NCBI GenBank assembly: GCA_964640795.1
Contig: CAZXIN010000003.1
Coordinates: 60,262 to 124,261 of the forward strand
Direction: 5' to 3'
Length of the DNA stretch: 64,000 nucleotides
DNA from: an uncultured Pseudoalteromonadaceae bacterium
GTDB taxonomy: Bacteria > Pseudomonadota > Gammaproteobacteria > Enterobacterales > Alteromonadaceae
The stretch's first letter is position 1. Every line of letters starts with the position of its first letter. The translations under genes were made by a program, and so were the position numbers. The notes beneath the pieces are model-generated. The model saw only the letters and a list, made by a program, of their open reading frames with translations, ran no database searches and was not told the origin of the DNA. Positions 59,035-64,000 of this stretch are shown here, one piece after another.

Positions 59035-59862
59035 ATGCACGAAACCAACGATTCAGCTTATCCTCAGCTTAGTCAATTATTATGGGTGATGGACGAGTTG
59101 AGAGAGCCAGAAAGGGGCTGCCCTTGGGATCTCGAGCAGGATTTTAAATCCATTGTCCCTCACACGCTTGAAGAGGCCTACGAAGTTGCTGATGCTATTG
59201 AAAATGGCACTATGGAAGACATCAAAGGCGAGTTGGGAGATTTGCTTTTTCAAATTGTTTTCTATGCGCGTTTAGCACGTGAGCAAGGTGTATTTGATTT
59301 TGAGGATATTGCCAAGACAATCTCTCAAAAGTTGATTCGCCGACATCCTCATGTGTTTGATCGTGAAAACTATCAAAAAGCAAAAGATCTACCTGACTTA
59401 AATGCGCAGTGGGACAAGATTAAAAGACAAGAGAAACTGAGAGCGGGTGAAATAACTGATTCCAGCATCTTTTCAGGGCTAACCAAAGGGTTAGCGCCAC
59501 TGACAAAAGCGATGAAATTACAAAAACGTTGCGCCAAAGTTGGGTTTGATTGGCCTGATTTACCGCCAGTGGTTGAGAAAATACACGAAGAAATAGACGA
59601 AGTTCTGGCTGAGTTGGATACAACGCCGAAGAACCCAATGCGAGTTGAAGAGGAAGTCGGCGATTTATTATTTGCCGTGGTTAATCTTGCGAGGCATGCC
59701 AAAGTAGACCCCGAAACGGCACTAAGAAAAGCAAATGTAAAGTTTGAGAAGCGTTTTCGTCAGGTTGAAGAACAAATGTGTTTGGACTTTGGTTCGCTCG
59801 ATAATTGTAATTTGAAACAGATGGAAAACGCTTGGATGCAAGTTAAGCAAACAGAAATATAA
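59035..59862 (+). CDS. mazG: Nucleoside triphosphate pyrophosphohydrolase MazG
   Basis: LREPERGCPWD, EEAYEVADAI, ELGDLLFQIVF, tandem second domain EEEVGDLLF. Confidence 0.96.
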   Translation: MHETNDSAYPQLSQLLWVMDELREPERGCPWDLEQDFKSIVPHTLEEAYEVADAIENGTMEDIKGELGDLLFQIVFYARLAREQGVFDFEDIAKTISQKLIRRHPHVFDRENYQKAKDLPDLNAQWDKIKRQEKLRAGEITDSSIFSGLTKGLAPLTKAMKLQKRCAKVGFDWPDLPPVVEKIHEEIDEVLAELDTTPKNPMRVEEEVGDLLFAVVNLARHAKVDPETALRKANVKFEKRFRQVEEQMCLDFGSLDNCNLKQMENAWMQVKQTEI

Positions 59863-59873
59863 AGGCAGTAATA

Positions 59874-60188
59874 TTGATGATAGCAACAACGCCTAGACCT
59901 CCTTATTACGCGGTAATATTTACCTCTCTACGCACTGATGTTGATGAAGGTTATGGTAATGTTGCGGCGCGAATGGTTGAGCTTGCTGAGAAGCAACCTG
60001 GTTATTTAGGGTATGAATCAGCAAGAGATGGCGTAGGTATTACTATTTCATATTGGACCGATTTAAATGCCATAAAACAATGGAAACAACAAATGGAGCA
60101 TAGAGAAGCGCAACGGCTTGGTAGGGAGAAATGGTACAGTGATTTTACCATTCGAATTGCCAAGGTAGAGAGGGAGTATTCACTTTAA
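59874..60188 (+). CDS. Antibiotic biosynthesis monooxygenase family protein
   Basis: PPYYAVIFTS, QPGYLGYES, TISYW, EH..AQ..GR..WY. Confidence 0.9.
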   Translation: MMIATTPRPPYYAVIFTSLRTDVDEGYGNVAARMVELAEKQPGYLGYESARDGVGITISYWTDLNAIKQWKQQMEHREAQRLGREKWYSDFTIRIAKVEREYSL

Positions 60189-60303
60189 ATAATTAACACA
60201 ATATCAACTTATGTGACTGAAAGTTGAGGAATTAATATGACAAGGCATTTTACTTAAAGGGCATTGGAGCAACACGCTCTCACATTAAAATGCTGTCTGG
60301 ATA

Positions 60304-63300
60304 ATGCCATTAGCTGTAACAGAAGGAACTCAGATGAGAAAAATACATATCCCTACCGTATTGATTGGCCTATGTTTTTTATGGGCAAGCAATATCCCTG
60401 CTTTAGAGAAGCAAGCACCAAAATTTTCACGTTCAAATCAGCCAGTACCTGCACATTTTGCCAAGTTTAACCAACAGTCTATTCGCTCGTTTTCAGTGAA
60501 TAACAATGCTCTGTTAACTGAAAGCTCGGCGAACCGAGCAGACTATATCTTCGATTTTCCGCTGATTGATCACCCGTTAGTGATTCAACATCAAAAAATG
60601 ATTCACCATAGCAATGGCGATATTTCATTTAACCTCCAAGCCAATATCGCTCAATCACCAAGGCAAGTTATTTTTACGCAAGGTGAAGGGGTTGGAATGG
60701 GAGAGATTAGAGGGGGTGGCCAACACCTTTATTTTGAACAACGAGGTGACGAGCTATTTATCATCGACATTGGGTTATCGGGGATACTCTCACCAATATA
60801 TGAGAATGATGTGATTGGCGAGATTTCTAGTGCTGTGATCAGTGGCGCTAATCAGCTGGCTGCTGTCGGTGAAACTCAGGTCATCGTTGATGTGATGCTT
60901 CTTTTTACACAGAATATTGTAGATGAGTTTCCGGGTGAGATGACGCAAGTTCTATTAAATCAGCTAGTTATGAGAGCTAATCAGGCTTTTGTTGATAGCG
61001 ATATTTCGGTGCAGCTCAGGCTTGTTCATACTCAATTTGTTGACTATTTTCAACAATCAGATCTCCGGGCACTAACAGATCTCGATGCTGCTCTACGGAC
61101 GGATAGGGATGGCGGAATTGATCCTTCCCTATCTGATGTTGCTGCATTGAGGGATCAGTTTGGCGCTGACATCGTATCAATGATTAGAACGCACGACCTT
61201 AATGAGAGAGAAGTTTGCGGCGTCGCGCGCTTTCCTCGTAATGGACCATTAATTAATATCAGCAATGTTGGCATTAGTGGTGGGTCAAACTGCCTAGACA
61301 CTTTTACACATGAGATAGGACATAATTTTGGTGCCGGACACCAACGTGTTGATAATGAGCCTCAAGGAGCCTTGCCATTCGCTGGTGCGTTTGTTGTAAG
61401 CAACAAATTTAATACGATAATGACTTCTGCTGCTACTGGGGATGCTAATCGAGGCCTTAGATTCAACGTATTTTCGAATCCTAATTTACAGTGTGGAGGG
61501 GGAGCCTGCGGTAGTGCAGTAGTGGCTGACAACGCGAGAATAATTAATGAGTTTGCACCGGGAAATGCAGGGTTACGACCAGCTGTTTCTACTGCTGTTG
61601 TTGTAGCGCCTCCTAAAAGCTCTATCGATAGTGATGGGGACAATACACTTGATGTGAATGACACATTCCCTTTTGATGAGACTGAGGTACTAGACAGTGA
61701 TTTAGATGGTGTTGGTGACAATGCTGATCAATTTCCCAACAATCCCGACGAAACTATTGATACGGACAACGATGGCATAGGTAATAATGCTGATTCAGAT
61801 GACGACAACGATGGTGTTGAGGATATTGATGATGACTTACCTCTTGATGCTAACGAATCAGTTGATAGTGATGGTGATGGTATTGGACAAAATGTTGATG
61901 TGCTTGATAACGACTTTCAAGATTTCTTGGATTTTGATGGCGATGGAATAGGCGACAAACAAGATCTTGATGATGACAATGATGGAGTTGCTGATTTTTC
62001 TCCAATCGATAGCTTGTCGACAAGTGAAGCATGGGTTGCAAGCGCAGGTACTGGAGCAATCGTTCGCCTAAATGCTGAAACGGGTGATTTCGTTGATACT
62101 TTGATTGAAGGCAATCCGCTGAGCTTCTCTTTCAGGAGTGATATGACTTTATCCCCTTCGCAGCAATTGTTCTTTATTTTTTCGAGTGAAATATTTGAAT
62201 ATGATCCTCAAATAGATGAAGTGAGGCTAATAATAGATCGTTCCGACCTATCAAGTAACTTCCCTGGACATATTGCTTTTATTGATAATGACACATTACT
62301 CATTAGTCATGGTTTTAGCTCCAGCTTTGCGCCAAGTTTTGTTGACTCATTCTCACTCTCTTCCGATGGCAATAATTTAGCCTCTAGTGTTAGCAACAAT
62401 GAAGTGACTCGTGATGTATTGGTAACAACTGATAACCGCTTGCTTATCATATTGCGCAATAGTAATAGGATAGTGTCTGTCGACTTGAATGCTCAGGATT
62501 CAGGGCAAGTTGGAGTGCCCTTTATCTCAGAAGGGTTAAGTTTGCCAGAACATATGGTCGCTGATGCGAGCGGCAATATTTATGTCACTAATGCTGGCAG
62601 TGGCACGGTGACACAATATAACGCTGCAGGTGATTTTTTAGGGGTGTTTATTACCACTGGAGCGGGTGGTTTAGGAGAACCGAGTTGCATTACTATCGGC
62701 CCTGAAGGTGATCTTTACATTTGTAGTATGGATACCAATCAAATATTGAAGTTTGACGGTGAAAGTGGTGCTTTTATCGAGGTTTTTGCTGATAGTAGTA
62801 ACAGTCAGATTGAGCAGCCAGTCAGCCTTGTTTTCGCTGGGTTGCCTCTAGATGAGTTACGCTTGGATGGTGAGCATGATACCGACGGAGATGGTGTTAA
62901 CAATGTTAATGATGATCTCCCTCAAGATAGCACCGAAACTACTGACTCTGATAATGATGGTATTGGAAATAATGCAGATGAAGATGACGACAATGATGGC
63001 ATGCCTGATCAATTCGAAATTGATAATAACTTCGACCCGTTAAATGCTGATGATGCCTCGGAAGATGCAGACAATGATGGCAGTACCAATTTACAAGAGT
63101 TTCTTGCGGGAACAGATCCTAATTCCGCAGCTTCGACCCCGGCTCCACCAACGCCACCACCGCAGCCGACTCCGCCAGCACCTCCAGTGGCACCTCCCGT
63201 GTCGGAAAATAACGGGGAGAGTGGTGGCGGTAGCTTTAGCGGTATTGCTTTAATCGTTTTGATACTGATGAGAGGTATCATTAGGCGCAAGCAACCGATG

Positions 63301-63327
63301 AAGAAAGTCAGTCACTTGGAAATGTAA
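60304..63327 (+). CDS. Secreted M12/reprolysin-like metalloprotease with TSP3-like Ca-binding repeats, NHL-like propeller and GlyGly-CTERM anchor (likely start ATG 60334)
   Basis: THEIGHNFGAGH, Met-turn TIMT, about 11 DxDxD(G) motifs in two blocks, propeller (LGEPSCITIGPEGDLY), Pro-rich linker, SGGGSFSGIALIVLILMRGIIRRK. Confidence 0.9.
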   Translation: MPLAVTEGTQMRKIHIPTVLIGLCFLWASNIPALEKQAPKFSRSNQPVPAHFAKFNQQSIRSFSVNNNALLTESSANRADYIFDFPLIDHPLVIQHQKMIHHSNGDISFNLQANIAQSPRQVIFTQGEGVGMGEIRGGGQHLYFEQRGDELFIIDIGLSGILSPIYENDVIGEISSAVISGANQLAAVGETQVIVDVMLLFTQNIVDEFPGEMTQVLLNQLVMRANQAFVDSDISVQLRLVHTQFVDYFQQSDLRALTDLDAALRTDRDGGIDPSLSDVAALRDQFGADIVSMIRTHDLNEREVCGVARFPRNGPLINISNVGISGGSNCLDTFTHEIGHNFGAGHQRVDNEPQGALPFAGAFVVSNKFNTIMTSAATGDANRGLRFNVFSNPNLQCGGGACGSAVVADNARIINEFAPGNAGLRPAVSTAVVVAPPKSSIDSDGDNTLDVNDTFPFDETEVLDSDLDGVGDNADQFPNNPDETIDTDNDGIGNNADSDDDNDGVEDIDDDLPLDANESVDSDGDGIGQNVDVLDNDFQDFLDFDGDGIGDKQDLDDDNDGVADFSPIDSLSTSEAWVASAGTGAIVRLNAETGDFVDTLIEGNPLSFSFRSDMTLSPSQQLFFIFSSEIFEYDPQIDEVRLIIDRSDLSSNFPGHIAFIDNDTLLISHGFSSSFAPSFVDSFSLSSDGNNLASSVSNNEVTRDVLVTTDNRLLIILRNSNRIVSVDLNAQDSGQVGVPFISEGLSLPEHMVADASGNIYVTNAGSGTVTQYNAAGDFLGVFITTGAGGLGEPSCITIGPEGDLYICSMDTNQILKFDGESGAFIEVFADSSNSQIEQPVSLVFAGLPLDELRLDGEHDTDGDGVNNVNDDLPQDSTETTDSDNDGIGNNADEDDDNDGMPDQFEIDNNFDPLNADDASEDADNDGSTNLQEFLAGTDPNSAASTPAPPTPPPQPTPPAPPVAPPVSENNGESGGGSFSGIALIVLILMRGIIRRKQPMKKVSHLEM

Positions 63328-63436
63328 TGGGCATCATAGCGACATAAGAAGAGGAGTCATGTTCTCTTCCGTTAACTAGCGGGAAAATTGATTTTTACAT
63401 CTATAACAGGGAAGTTTTTAAGTCTGCTCGTGGTCC

Positions 63437-63484
63437 TATACCCAAACCTACCTAAACCACTCTTTCTTGAGTGGTTTAGGTATA
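63437..63484. repeat. Collapsed TATACC...GGTATA hairpin element
   Basis: Perfect 14-bp stem TACCTAAACCACTC/GAGTGGTTTAGGTA with 6-nt loop, preceded by TATACCCAAACC; ends resemble the 10415 element. Confidence 0.6.
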
Positions 63485-63523
63485 TACGACAACATCTAAA
63501 CGCTAAGCTGAGTAAAGTTAAAC

Positions 63524-63994
63524 ATGACACGTATCGAAACACAGTCAGACTACGAACAACTGATAAATAGCAATGACCTCGTTATCATTAATGTATACCG
63601 TGGTTTTTGGTGCCCATTTTGTAAAAAATACTTGAGTAAATTCGATCGTGCTTTTAAAGATCTCCCCGAAGGGAGTCATGCTTTATATGGTGTTTCTGTT
63701 GATTCTGAGAGTACAAATTCAAAATTACAAAGTTCACTCGGGTTAAGCTTCCCTCTTATTACGGATGCTGGTCAACTATTCCGTTCGGACCTTAAAAACC
63801 CTGTTAGCACCTCTCATCCTAATGTTAAGAAAACTGTGGACGGTTATTTTCTGCAACCAGCAGTTTACATTTATCTACAAGGCGAATTGAAATATCAATG
63901 GCAACAAAAGTCTAAATTACTTAACCTTGCGGGTGCTATTGGCCGTGTTGAGGTTGAAGACATTGTTGGCGAAGTCAAAAAGCTGATGAAATAA
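63524..63994 (+). CDS. AhpC/TSA (peroxiredoxin-like) redoxin
   Basis: YRGFWCPFC, GVSVD, FPLITD, QPAVYI. Confidence 0.85.
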   Translation: MTRIETQSDYEQLINSNDLVIINVYRGFWCPFCKKYLSKFDRAFKDLPEGSHALYGVSVDSESTNSKLQSSLGLSFPLITDAGQLFRSDLKNPVSTSHPNVKKTVDGYFLQPAVYIYLQGELKYQWQQKSKLLNLAGAIGRVEVEDIVGEVKKLMK

Positions 63995-64000
63995 CACTCA

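Noticed and set aside
60264-60280. TTGGAGCAACACGCTCT, possible ends-only footprint of the CTAGAGC MITE
   Set aside because: An 11-nt match to the right end is suggestive but too short to support without genome-wide copies.
61630-63110. Repetitive GAT/GAC-rich DNA that could be mistaken for a tandem array or CRISPR
   Set aside because: Explained by Asp-rich Ca-binding repeats in the protease; no fixed repeat-spacer structure.
9390-63570. Many 60-140 aa ORFs nested inside or antisense to long genes (e.g. 9390-9731, 18740-19069, 37224-37577, 57375-57800, 58636-59040, 61362-61721)
   Set aside because: They lie within well-supported genes, have no recognisable motifs and are expected by chance.
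1-64000. Search for tRNA, rRNA, riboswitch, CRISPR, integrase, transposase or known defence genes
   Set aside because: None recognised by eye; covariance-model searches (Infernal/Rfam, tRNAscan-SE) would be needed to exclude short RNAs.

Overview
AT-rich chromosomal segment of a marine gammaproteobacterium (gene content and order suggest Alteromonadales; inference). Positions 1-46 kb are mostly accessory genes: exported hydrolases, one-component and two-component regulators, an HscC/J-protein chaperone pair and c-di-GMP enzymes. Positions 46-60 kb hold core genes (fldB, dsbC, recJ, recO, pdxJ, acpS, rlmD, relA, mazG) in a rearranged order, with xerD absent from its usual slot between fldB and dsbC. 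Large secreted metzincin proteases sit at both ends of the window. I found no rRNA, tRNA, CRISPR array, prophage or transposase. The intergenic DNA carries at least three families of non-autonomous hairpin elements (MITE/ERIC-like), one present as a deletion series, plus a REP-like sequence. Best candidates for undescribed systems: (i) two membrane-anchored regulators, each directly upstream of an exported hydrolase with a visible candidate operator in the spacer; (ii) a Tat-exported PotD-like binding protein paired with a hybrid kinase and no transporter; (iii) a LuxR-HTH/glyoxalase fusion divergent from an exported AHL-lactonase-like enzyme; (iv) an exported protein with a superoxide-reductase-like metal motif. 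All family calls come from motif recognition by eye; no database searches were run.
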